Source: Phoronis australis (lineage: Eukaryota > Animalia > Phoronida). Taken from it: 64,000 nt of DNA. The stretch covers positions 65,846-129,845 of the forward strand of contig NMRA01000188.1 in assembly GCA_002633005.1 (NCBI GenBank). Reading direction: 5' to 3'. Below, one piece after another: positions 52,998-64,000 of this stretch. The notes below the pieces were generated by a model, which was given only the letters and a program-made list of their open reading frames with translations, searched no databases and was not told where the DNA came from. The position numbers and the translations under genes were made by a program. Position 1 is the first letter of the stretch; each line of letters starts with the position of its first letter.

Positions 52998-54250
52998 AAC
53001 AAGAGCAACGCTGAGCGTTGAAATGCGCCCACGAATGCATCGCAAACGGTGTGCTTTTAGGGTTGTTTTTTGGTCATAAAATGGCCACTAGATGGGAACA
53101 TGTCATAGCTTCTTCAATAGAAAGCTATTCACCAAATTTCATAGAAATGTCACGAAACTTTAGAGAAACAAAGGAAAACAGAATAAATTGAAAACTGCCA
53201 CTAGGGGCCCAGTGTTTATTGGATCCACCTGAAAGTCGTCATTGTCTGTTGTTAGCTTCATATAAATACACTTACTAAATTTAATAAAAACCCAGCAGTG
53301 GGTTTAGGAGATACAGCTATGGGGGGAAAACAAAACAAAGGAGACGCCACAGTAGTCAAAGTCGTCATCGTCAATCATCCTCTTCACACAGAAAACATGA
53401 ACGCCAATTTTCAAAAACATCCTTAGAATGATTTGGTTGATAGAGGGCTGGACGACAAAAAACAGCAATAATGGCCACTAGGTGGCGCAAAATACCTCGA
53501 TGCCATCCAAAAACGGTAGGATAGCGTCATCTCACCAAGAGATGCTGTATTCAAAATTTTATGAAAATCCGTTGAGAACGCTTGAAGATACAGAGGTAAA
53601 CATAAAATCTAAAATTGCTACTAGGGGGCACACCAGAAGTCAGATCCGTCCGAAAGTCGTCGTTGTTCTTTGCCAACACCATATCAATACACTTGTTAAA
53701 TTTATTAAAGATCCTGCAAAATGCGCAAAAACGAAATTGTCACTAGGAGGCGCCAGAGTAGCTGAAGTCATCGGAAAATCATCGTCAGCCGCCCACTTCA
53801 TAGTAAAAACATACATGCCATTTTTCACAATTATCCTGAAAGCGATTTGGTTGATAGAGGGGTAGACGCCAAAAAAACTGACTCGAAAACGGTAAAAATG
53901 GCCACTAGGTGGCGTAAACAAAGTCGAATCCATTTTAAAACGGAAAGATAGCGTCACCACACTAACAGAAGCCTGTACGCCAAATTTTTTGAAAATACGT
54001 TGAGGACCTTTGAAGATACAGAGGTTAACGTAAAAAAATAAATTGCCACCAGGGGGCACACCAGTAATTAAAGTGGTCGTCGCCCTTTGTCAACATCATA
54101 TAAATGCACTTACTAAATTTAGTAAAGATCCTGCAGACGGTTTAGGAGATACAGCCATATGAGCAAAAAACAAAACTGCCACTAGGAGGCGCCACAGACG
54201 TCGAAATCGTCGGAAAATCATCGTCAGCCGTCCTCTTCATACAAGGAGTG
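52998..54250 (+). mobile_element. Helentron-associated (HINE/pearl-like) element with tandem ~140-bp core repeats in a ~430-bp higher-order unit
   Basis: Starts AACAAGAG followed by the palindrome CAACGCT-G-AGCGTTG, then diverged monomers each with a GCCACTAGRKGGC-like motif. Inserted inside the GGGTCGA MITE. A related single-unit copy lies at about 60165-60400. Confidence 0.65.
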
Positions 54251-55769
54251 TACGAGTATAGGAGAGTTCACTCCGCCATTTTACCATTCGCCGCAATGGT
54301 TACTGGTCGAAACACTAGCGCTCCAAGTGGTGAATAATCAACACTTAGTTTGGCGCGCAGTCCGAACAATGTAAACGCTCATAAATTCATACTTTAATGA
54401 CATTCAACGTGCAATAAAATTACTGTGGGATTGAAAATGGTTAGAATACATATACTAACATCCACTTACAATAGAATGAGAAAGAAAATGTGTATTTTAA
54501 TCAATATTAAAGTGTATTTGTTTTTATTCTCTTGAAGCTCCCTTCAAAATTCATCATGGTTTTGTTTCATGTTTGAGTTCTTAACATGGCAATTATCGTT
54601 CCTTATAACAGTTCATACCTCCATGAACTACACAATTTGAATGATTGTCCCTGGGGGTTCAGAGGGGAATTCCCTCCAGGTACCAGCTAAGGAGGTACCA
54701 GGCAAAACCCGGCAGGTGGGCGCCAAATAGGTGTTGCCACCCCCTCCCAGGGGGGTTACATGGGAGGAGTGCTAAACAGGTAAAAACCAATGGGTATGTA
54801 TGCCACATGGGTGTTGAGCCCCTCCCATCGTCACACATTTTGGTTGCTCCCCTGACCATTGACAAACATGTTGCTCCCAGCTCACTGCTGGTTTCATCTC
54901 CACCCAACAATTTCGCATGTGTTCCCTATTCAACGCATGAGGCAATGCAGACAATTGTTTTGTGCAGTGGGTGTTACACAAGTGAGAAGAAGAAAGCAAG
55001 GCAATTCATCACTACCACAAAATCGTAATACAATTTTAGAACATTCCATTATTTCTTAGTTATGCCAGTATAGGGCTCAATCCCACTCTCCCACTCACTA
55101 ACAGCTACTGACAAGTCACTTGCTAATCTGTAGAATAGCTCACAACTTACAAAATAAAGTAACATTGAGTACATCATCACTCATAACTAGTCAAAGTTCA
55201 AAATATCATGACAAAAAATTAAGAGGTACTAAACAGCAATCAAAATATTCACTACCCACATAACTTCATACAAAATTGAATTAAAAAGACTTGGATGATA
55301 TAACCAAAATTTTATATACCCACTGTTCCTATGAGTAAATATTTCAGGTAAGTTAAAGCCAGACCACAAGATCATATCTGATACCTAACCACAACTGGGG
55401 CTTAAATTAATCACAATCTCCAAAAACGTACAAAACAGGCAACACATACACCAACCAATACAACAAGAAAATCTGACCAACCTTGTCACTCTCTATTAAT
55501 TCACTAGCAAACAACAGCACTTTTCGCCAAAGAAATGCGTTATAAATAAAGCTGAAAACTAATTTACTCAGAGGTGTTTGTCATTGAGAAGCAAAATGAT
55601 ACGGATAGCTTGTGTTTAACAAAATTTCAGCCCACCACTCAGACTCTGAATGATCCATCAGTTTAACTTTGGCTCTCTCCAAATCACAGGCTAACCATTC
55701 ATAAAATGTTTCAATCTGATCAACCTTAGTAAAATACGAAAACCAGATTTTGCGGACTAACTGTCCTTT

Positions 55770-56050
55770 CTACACGTGATGTTCCAGTACTTGCTTTGTG
55801 AGACGATAATCAGAAATGCAAAAAATCCTATTCCAGAGCTGTAATATAATTTCCGGAGAACTTTTTGACCCTGACATCTTCATTTTTGGTGGATTCGGGA
55901 CATCAAATATTGTTCGGGCACTACAGTTAATACCAGCTTGTTCTTCATTCATGAACATGGACTCCTCGAAGTGATGAGAGCATAACTTGCGGTTCTTGGA
56001 CAAATAGGTTGCATCTCTATTCATAAGGTCAGCTCCCAGCGCTTGCACCT
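55770..56050 (-). pseudogene. THAP-domain remnant (P-element/THAP9-like transposase exon)
   Basis: ADLMNRDATYLSKNRKLCSHHFEESMF...TIFDVPNPP matches the C-terminal half of a THAP domain. Confidence 0.65.
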
Positions 56051-56660
56051 GAACAGAAATCAATGATTGAGAGACTCAGGAACAAACCTCATACTCACTA
56101 GGTTCACAGAAGACTGGTAGCCTACACTAAAGTACACTACACTACAGAATTCCTGTCGCACTGTGATTGTGATAGAGACAAAAGCGTTTTGGTGTCAACT
56201 GAAAAAAACTCGGACTCAAATGTTGATCCACGGATATTTTAACAGGGCCGGGCCCCCCATCATTGACACGATTAAGTTTTCAATGACGCACTGCTTAACT
56301 TAATTGGTCCAACTTGCACATTAACATTATGTTCGGATTTTTCACCTTTTCACCGAGACCCACAGATTCGCTAACTTGACTCATGACAGACTTAGTGGCC
56401 CTGTGGCTGTGATTGTGCCATGGCTGTGTCACCAGTCATATTACTCATGGCCATCATGGGCATGGGTATGTTTTCCTAAAATTGTCCCTGCGATCGTACG
56501 GGTGACATTTTGATTTAGAATTGATGGACTGCAAGTATCCAAAAAGCTGACGATCACATCGTACGTTCATCATAGTCCTTCCGCCGGCAGCCCGGTTGTA
56601 CAGTAGGCCTAGCCTACACTGCAGACAACAGAACAGTGGCAACGGGACTGTGATCGACTT

Positions 56661-56661
56661 N
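56661..56661. other. Ambiguous base, probable assembly join
   Basis: A single N; the sequence on either side belongs to apparently unrelated elements. Confidence 0.7.
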
Positions 56662-57854
56662 ATGACCGCTTAACTTCAAAGCCGTTTTTCTCGGCTCGTG
56701 ATTTCAGGATAGTGACAAGATTCTCGGGCCTATTTTTCCACAACACGTGGGTCAATTTTTACGAAAGTTGCAAATTTGAAATCCTCTAGGACTGAAGTAA
56801 AATCGCGTGCCAGGGTTTTTTGATAAATGGACCAGATTTTTAGTTATTAGACGGAAAGTGACCAAATGACAAAAAGTGGCGTGCTTGCCCCAACTCACAC
56901 ACAAAAAATGCCACAAAATTAAGATCATAATGATTTTGTACATATATTTGGTATGGATAAATAGAATATTGCGTAAGGAAACAGTTGATGATGATCCCTG
57001 TGCATTTTAAAAAAAATTCGAGGTAAAGTTGGATTTTTTGAAAAAAAAATACGATTTTTTAAAAAAACGAACTACAAAAAAAATTTTTTTTTTCGATTTT
57101 TGTCACTTTCAGAGTCATATCTAACTAGTTAAAACTCCCTTTTTACTCACTTTAGTTAGGAACCTGGAGATTTGATCAGTGTATGCACCTACCTTAAAGA
57201 GTCAAGGGACGAGGGGGTCGAGGGGTTGTGGGTCGAGGAGGTCGTGGGTCGAGGGGTGTGGGGGTCGAAGTGGTTTTAAAACTATCCTGTTTTGTCAAGT
57301 GACCATATTTTCTGAATCATTAGACCTTTCTTTATAGCAATGTATACCATTGTCGTGAATTCAATATCCCAAAAGCGAGAAAATAGTAGAATTAAGGCGA
57401 CTTTAAGTGCAAGTTTCTAGTTCCATAGACATGAGCGTGACGTAAGAACCTACCCAGCGACAATGTGTCATGTCAAGCAATTTCGCAGAAGTTTCTTGCA
57501 CAATTCTTGTGCCGCATCCAGACTTCTATGATATCCCACAGGAAAGTAAAAACTCACAACGTGCTCAAAAACTAAGTTGTCACAACTACCACCAACGCGA
57601 AGTCTTAGCATCTTTGTCACATTGAAATAAGCGCACTACACACAGTGGAACATGGCTAATGTGATTGGTTGTCCACATTCTACGTGACATTTATTGACCA
57701 ATAAATCACTGAGTCTCGTAACTCGAGATCGGCTTATCAAGATATCGCCAGGTAGTGTTCGTTGGTGTTCAAACTTATCACTTGATCTACTGGAGTTATT
57801 TTATTGTTTTTGGTGTTTGGGTAGGAAATTGGTGACTTTAAAGCATATCAAACA

Positions 57855-58281
57855 CACTTTGGATTTTGAACATGCCAACTTTTACGACCAATATTTAATA
57901 GAACTCCAAGCCAGCATTTGAACCCTTTGGCAAACTATTAATCAAGAACTTAGGGACCAAACGTGCTTCAAAGCCCAACAGTCACCAAACCTTTATCCAC
58001 CACATTCAAACTCTCAACCACCAACACAGACTCCTAGTTACTGCTCAAGATGAGCGTCTACCGCTTGTCCTCTCTTTCATACCCGATTAATTTACTACCT
58101 CCCAGTTCCTCGACAACCCATTTTACCGAAGACGTCGGTGTAGGTACCCCGCCGTAAACACCACATGCCAGTGTCTGTTCTGCTTCCCATGCAGATCACG
58201 GTGTCAATATTGTCTGCACCTTAGCGTAAGCAAATTTTCTATATACTCGGCTCCAAAGGCTCCGCTGTTCAGTCATCCGGC
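57855..58281 (+). mobile_element. Short Penelope-like 3' fragment, specific to duplication copy 2
   Basis: Absent at about 9560 in copy 1 and flanked by TCAAAC on both sides. The remnant LDFEHANFYDQYLIELQASI.TLWQTINQELRD resembles a GIY-YIG C-terminus. Confidence 0.4.
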
Positions 58282-60689
58282 TCAAACCACCAACTTATTA
58301 ACGTTTAATTGTCTACCCTCACTCTTAAGCTAATATTATTCATGTATTCATGTACCTGCACCCGTATGTAAATTTTAATTTATACTGCATCAAAATTAGG
58401 TCTAATCCACAAATTGCCGTGGGGAAACTTTGGTTAGTATTTGATGATATCGCCGAAACTGCAGGTATCCCAAACCCCAGCGGCGAAATCTGCCGTGCGG
58501 ACCTGCGTCCGCTGCGACTTCGCAAGCGTAATACCGCTTTATGGCAATAGGTAAAAAGGTGACAATTGTCTGACGACCCATATCGTCTAAAAAATTTTAA
58601 TACCACCGTGTTCACCCATCGACGCGAAGACTGCTATTTCCGGATTTTAGTTGGAGTACGCATGCTCGGCCGACGGATTTTACGTGGTGACCTCTTGTGA
58701 CCAGACAGAAAACTTTTGCACGCGATCTGTTGTTTTCTGTCGAAATTCCAATCACAAAATGTGATAATTTCTAATGAGACTGACATTGAAAAGGCTCACA
58801 TACATTGGTCAGCGCCCAAACTCTTGCCTATAACTAGATGTTACGCAGTCACTCTTAGGTAAAAAATCGCTTAGTAATTTCATCCTGAGTCGACAATCCT
58901 ACCACTGTTTTCTTCGCTCCAGCTGTTGTTGGTGTGTAGAAAGTCGAGTAAATGGGAAAGTGTACTACTCATTGTATCGCTGCTTTGTAAACAAAATGGC
59001 AAACTCGATTAGTACTGGAGTTTTGGATAACACAATAGACCCGCCTTCTATTGGAAACCTGGCGTTATTAATTCCAGGGAACCAATTCAACTGTTTCTAT
59101 TGGAGGCTGTCATCTATTACAAATTAGAAACCCGTTATGCAATGCGAACAAATGGATATGTTTAGTTTCTTGCAATTATTTGAAAATTCAACGTACCCGA
59201 ATATAATGAATACTATAATATAATGAAATACTCGGAATCTGTGCGTGATTCGGGAATGTAGGCCTCAGCTCATCATTATTTTACTCTATTTTATCTTATT
59301 TATTCATATTATTGTACATATTAATTTATTTTATTTATTCATCTTTTCAATCTAATTGTACTTAGCTCTCTGTATTTTACTTCATGTAATTATTTCCGAC
59401 TGGTCCCACTTGAAAATCAGTGTATTCACTGAAATGCTCACCCAGTCTTTTATAGAAGTTTATGTAAATAAATGATAAATAAATATAAGGCCGTTGTATT
59501 TCTTTCGAAAATGAGAACATTCATTTTAGGATATTAGTCAAGTCATTTGTCATGTGTTATCCCCCAATCAACATGACGTCCAGATGAGACAAAAAGTCTC
59601 ATCTGGATGGCTGCATGATTAGAATACTCAGTTCTTTTACCACATCCAAGGTTCACCTTAAAAGAATAGGCAGACGTTTTCGAAGGCTTCTTTTAGAATT
59701 TGCCTTTCGTTAGCACAGGTGGCGCTGTATGAAGAACTACTTCATCAACACAGGAAAATAGCTTAATGCCAACAAAATCTCCACTGAGGTTGCTCAATGC
59801 GCGTTGTCATTCACAAACAAGCGCCGGACTGGGCGCAATGTCACATTCATGGCATGTGTGAAGACTAAAACTTCTTGATTGTACGATTTAAGTTACGTGC
59901 TGATTCATTGAGAACAGCAAACTTATATGAAAGAACAATGTTCAAACATTCAACTGAAAGTCATGAGAGATCCTGAACAAACAACCAAATTTGGCGAACC
60001 TCGGAGATGGTTGATTGGTTTCAAACAAAACTGTCAGATATTATACTTGCTGCACTTTTCCCCCAACGCTTTTGGGGTTGCTTTTGAAATTTTCTTTTTA
60101 GCATGAGAGGTTAGCCAAAACTGGGACCTTCAGTAAATCCATTAAAAAGTTAAGCGTTGGATAAAACGACAAGGGAAACTCCAGTTGGAGCGCTGAAATG
60201 TGCTCACGACTGCAACACAAACGGTGTGCTTCTACGGAGGGGAGTTTTTTAGTATCATAAAATGACCCTTAGATGGCGAAAAATAGGCTTACGTCTATCG
60301 TGTCAGAAAGAAGGAAGGTGTTGCCGCTTCTCGAACAGAGAGATAGTTTCTAAATTTTATGAAAATCAATCACGGGTTACTGAGAAAGATAGTTTCCGAC
60401 ACTTATGTAAAATTACGGACTAGTAACAGTTCTGTGCCAACGATTGAAAAACAACCGGGGCCGACTATGGCGGGCTAGGCTAAGCGTGTTTTACTGGGTT
60501 TAATTAACTCTGGTAAACAAACAGTAAAAACAGAACAACGAACATGCAACATCAAAATTTTTGAATAAACTTGCTATACAGTTAGAATATCCTGACAGTT
60601 AAGCTTGCGAAAATATGGAAAATAAATTTAGACGCGACTTCGCTACGGCCGGGAGGCTGATCGACTGCCAAGAGAATAACTTCAGGGTA

Positions 60690-61135
60690 TGACAGTTTTA
60701 GACCGGATCCGTGGCTATCCTAACAGCTGGTGGAAAAAGTTTGTAGGAAATCGTATGATTGAGTTTCAGAATCGTACGTATCCTTACCAGATGCTGCTAT
60801 ACCCAATAACAGACAACCCAGCTGATTTGCTCACAAGGCTCTGTTTTGTTGCTTCAGGACCCTAACTGGTTGGTAGTCGAGCAATGGCCCCCTTCTTAAA
60901 CACCTCGAAGGTTTTAGTGTCTTTATCCGATACTAAGTTTTGAAATGAATAGATAGAGTGTACTTCTACGGAAGCCATAAGTGTAGTTGCCTGTGTTCTG
61001 AGGTTCATTCACAATGTTAGGAACGCCAGCTCTAGAAAACGGTGATTTGTCATTAAAAGAACTGGCAGACGTGAAGCTGCATTTTATTAGGCATAACCAG
61101 GCTCTCATTTTGTGTAGTCAATTAAGCTCTTTAAC
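60690..61135 (+). mobile_element. BEL/Pao fragment (duplicate of 11985-12730)
   Basis: Same WK.FV.NR..E.Q and DNPADLLTR remnants. Confidence 0.75.
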
Positions 61136-61140
61136 CGATT

Positions 61141-61225
61141 TGTTTGCACCTTCTCATCTGTGGTTAACATAACCCGCCCTCCAATACACAGAAGCGTTTT
61201 CTCAGTAAGTGGTAAGACGGGATTG
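61141..61225 (-). pseudogene. Truncated second orphan copy of the CARNS1-like first coding exon
   Basis: Same ttgtaggatttcag acceptor as the 13.8-kb copy. The ATG is lost; it reads PLTEKTLLCIGGRVMLTTDEKVQT and then joins the BEL remnant. Confidence 0.8.
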
Positions 61226-61364
61226 CTGAAATCCTACAAGTCAATTTCTAGTTATTAAACATAGCGAAGAACCTAATGATGATGCCGTAGGCCGGTGGAA
61301 TATTACGACATAGGCGGTGGTTATATCAACTAATTACTACGTCTGAATTAACAATTAGCAAGCG

Positions 61365-61570
61365 AGGCCTTATTTTAGTGAAGAAAAGGCGGTGTTGCAT
61401 GCTTCGTTTACTGAAAGTCGTGGATTCGAGTCCAACTGGGGCACACTGCTAGACCTTTGAGTTCGCTCTCTAGGTCTTCAGCTTGGTTTTAACTATATAA
61501 ATATGGTCGCAGTGGACTCACCTGAGGGCTGCCTACGTCTGCTACCACGTGTATCACCGGAAGCAGTTAT
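61365..61570 (+). mobile_element. tRNA-derived SINE (same family as 26225-26440)
   Basis: Degenerate B-box GGATTCGAGTCC and shared body GGCACACTGCTAGAC...CAGCTTGGTTTTAACTATATAA. Confidence 0.65.
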
Positions 61571-64000
61571 CTTAGTGCTTGATTTTAAATAATTATACGA
61601 CAAGAAGCTTACGCACCAACGGGTATAGATTACATGTCAAGAAGATTTCAATAACAAAAAATGGACAAACATTAAGATAGACGTTTATTTTTTAAGAGAA
61701 TTGAAGGTGTACACACAAGGCCATTATGGGCAATAATTTATGAAAAAAGGACACAGGAGTTTGAAGCGGTGGCGGTTGAGCGCCAGAAACCAAAATGTTG
61801 GAAGGAGGAAATAGGTTTCCGGTCCCCCTCACTAATTTTTAGGTTGTAATAACAAAATGATCCCTTATACTCAGTGTCATAATAATCTATCGACTCAAGA
61901 ATCTGCCAGGAGCAAAAAAAAAAAAACTCGCGCCATCAGCCAAACATCAACTTTTCAGTCATAAACTCGGTTTTAGCTCGTTCCCCACTGAGATTAGAAA
62001 CGGTTTGTAGGCTTGGGAAGAATTAACAGTTACCTGTTGCCTCACACCGGGAGGCGGGAGTTGTGGCAACCTGGGAGGTTACTCTTCCGCTGATTGGGGT
62101 TGTAAACAATTCTAGTGTAACGAATCGGTTCAAAATAGAGGAAGGCGGTTTGTTTTATAGTTCACACATTTAGACTTAATCATGCCTTAGGTGGCCGAAA
62201 ACCGGGACGCCCAATATCAATATAAGAGGCCCTACTTTTAAGCCCGAAATTCAATTTCTTACCTATGTCATTTCCATAAGAATAAGTCATTTCAAATAAT
62301 AAGCTCTTTACTGCGATTTTATTTGTATTTTCTTACTCTAAAACTACTAAACTTAATTTCAAAAGTTAAAACCACATTGATACTTGATTCATCTAAAAAA
62401 GCACTACTCCAAAAAAGCATCACTCTGAATCGAAAGTCCCCAAAAAGGGAGCTTTCAGGTGTTCTGCCTTTGTTGTATGGTATTAAAATAAAAATACTTG
62501 CCAACATTAAGTTAGTGTAAGAACACGTAGACTTTCGACAAATCTACATGTAGCAAAGAAGCGGAAATGTTTTCGATTTGTCATATTAGACGTGCTAAAT
62601 AGGTTCAGTTGGTGGTTGATGTTAAGTTTAACAACACCTCAAAACCTTTAACACAAGTTAAAACAGTATTGAAGTTTATACATAACATTAATTTTTGAAA
62701 ACGAAATTGTGTGGTGCCACTCACAAAGAATTTGTGCTCAAGAGTGATAGATCGGCTGGAACATCGAGAACGGGGAACATTTTTCTGATATTTTCTAAAT
62801 CGGCCTTCATAAGTTTTCTCCCAATTTCACAAATGCGTTATTAATTTGTTACTTAGTATCAAAATGCCCACACAAAAAATGTAAATTTGGACAATGAAGT
62901 CCAACATATTGTTTCTGATGTTTCTACTGTCTTTGTAGTTAACGACTCGTGTACCGTGCCTAGTTTGAAGATCGTGATGAAATGAAACAAATGCGTTTAA
63001 TGCGTTTATATTGGAAGAAGTATGTTTTTGGAGTCACGATTTTTTGGAGTAGTTGGCCTTCGGAGTAGCGATTTTTTCAGGGTAGTGGACCTTCGTAGTT
63101 AGTGGGCCTTCGGAGTAGAGGGCTGTAATTTTTCTTCATACACACTCTCAAAATCTTTTTTCCATTTGTAAATAATATTTGGGCGACACTCAGAATCCCC
63201 ATCTTCATGATGACGTTTGAACTAACTCCATAACACTGACAACTGTCACCAATTTCAAAGTATTTTCCGTAACATAGAAAATCTCTGCTTGCAAGCGCAT
63301 AGTTTAGAAATCTGCATCAGTTGTTTCTAACACAAAATACTCATGGAACACCCTCATGTTTTCCAGTTCCACCATTCACTATCATCATTTTATTTACTCT
63401 ACAACACTGTAATCATTCTGCACCATTCACTTTTAATCACCCTGATCCTGAGGCGCTCCCATACTGGTATCATAATTAGAGAACTCGGTAAAATTAAAAA
63501 CGTCGCTGACGCCAGACAAATATCTCGATCGCATCTCTAACTCAATGTATTAGAACCAATGTTAAATTCGCCGATACGGTGACATGATATGCTCAACAGA
63601 AAATAACCGACAGAAGAATCATGTTACATGTACGTGTTACCAGGAAGAGATAACCAGGAAGGGACAACTGTTTTAGCGCATTTTAACGTATTTTCAAAGG
63701 TGATTTCAAAAGTAAATGTTAAAGTAGTCTGGAATCCAAGCATTGTGTTTGAAAGCTTAACTCTTTAGCTATAAAATGACACCACTTTTGTCCCCAAAGA
63801 CTTCATATTAATGGCACTGGGATGCTTTGAACATGACTTGTTTTACCCTTCCAAAAGATGCCTCTTCCCAGGCATGTACTCGGGCACGATCCTCTTTTTT
63901 GAACCAACAGATGTCACTAATATATGCAAATGAGGCTCGCATCGTCTACGTCATACGACGTCATACGGCGCGAGCTTCCAATTTGAACCCTCGAGTGCCT

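Larger units (their letters stand above)
43120..63640 (+). repeat. Segmental duplication, copy 2
   Basis: Collinear with 260-14460 but expanded by copy-specific insertions (LINE plus Sola3, Kolobok-THAP, Helentron-like array, THAP remnant, Penelope remnant). Confidence 0.92.

Noticed and set aside
53080-54250. CRISPR-like array (regularly spaced conserved motif)
   Set aside because: The intervening sequences are homologous to each other in a three-unit period and over 100 bp long. There are no cas genes and the context is eukaryotic.
58124-58165. Third hammerhead motif in the second Penelope-like fragment
   Set aside because: The core is degenerate (CCGAAGA...GTAAAC) and lacks a valid cleavage triplet.
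864-63540. Most 60-140-aa ORFs in the supplied track
   Set aside because: They overlap repeats or MITEs, are not preserved between duplicated copies and lack recognisable domains, so they are treated as chance ORFs.

Overview
This is eukaryotic, intron-containing, AT-rich and repeat-dense DNA, most likely from a bilaterian invertebrate (inferred from the transposon repertoire and CTCF-type motifs). No prokaryotic operon, CRISPR array or rRNA was seen. The only host gene I can reconstruct is a 4-coding-exon, minus-strand carnosine-synthase-1-like ATP-grasp ligase (38985-41892, about 461 aa). It carries only the C-terminal catalytic ATP-grasp module and has a 1-nt shortfall in an A6 run in its first coding exon. 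Two decayed orphan copies of that first exon (13525-13832 and 61141-61225) sit at equivalent positions in an old direct segmental duplication (about 260-14460 vs about 43120-63640). The two copies act as filled and empty sites for later insertions. The remainder is nested mobile DNA: Academ, Kolobok/THAP, Sola3, BEL/Pao, HERO-like and L2/Crack-like LINEs, Penelope-like remnants with a minimal hammerhead motif, tRNA-derived SINEs, several MITE families, and a Helentron/pearl-type element whose tandem core carries eight co-oriented CTCF-consensus-like motifs. All family assignments come from motif recognition by eye, not database searches.
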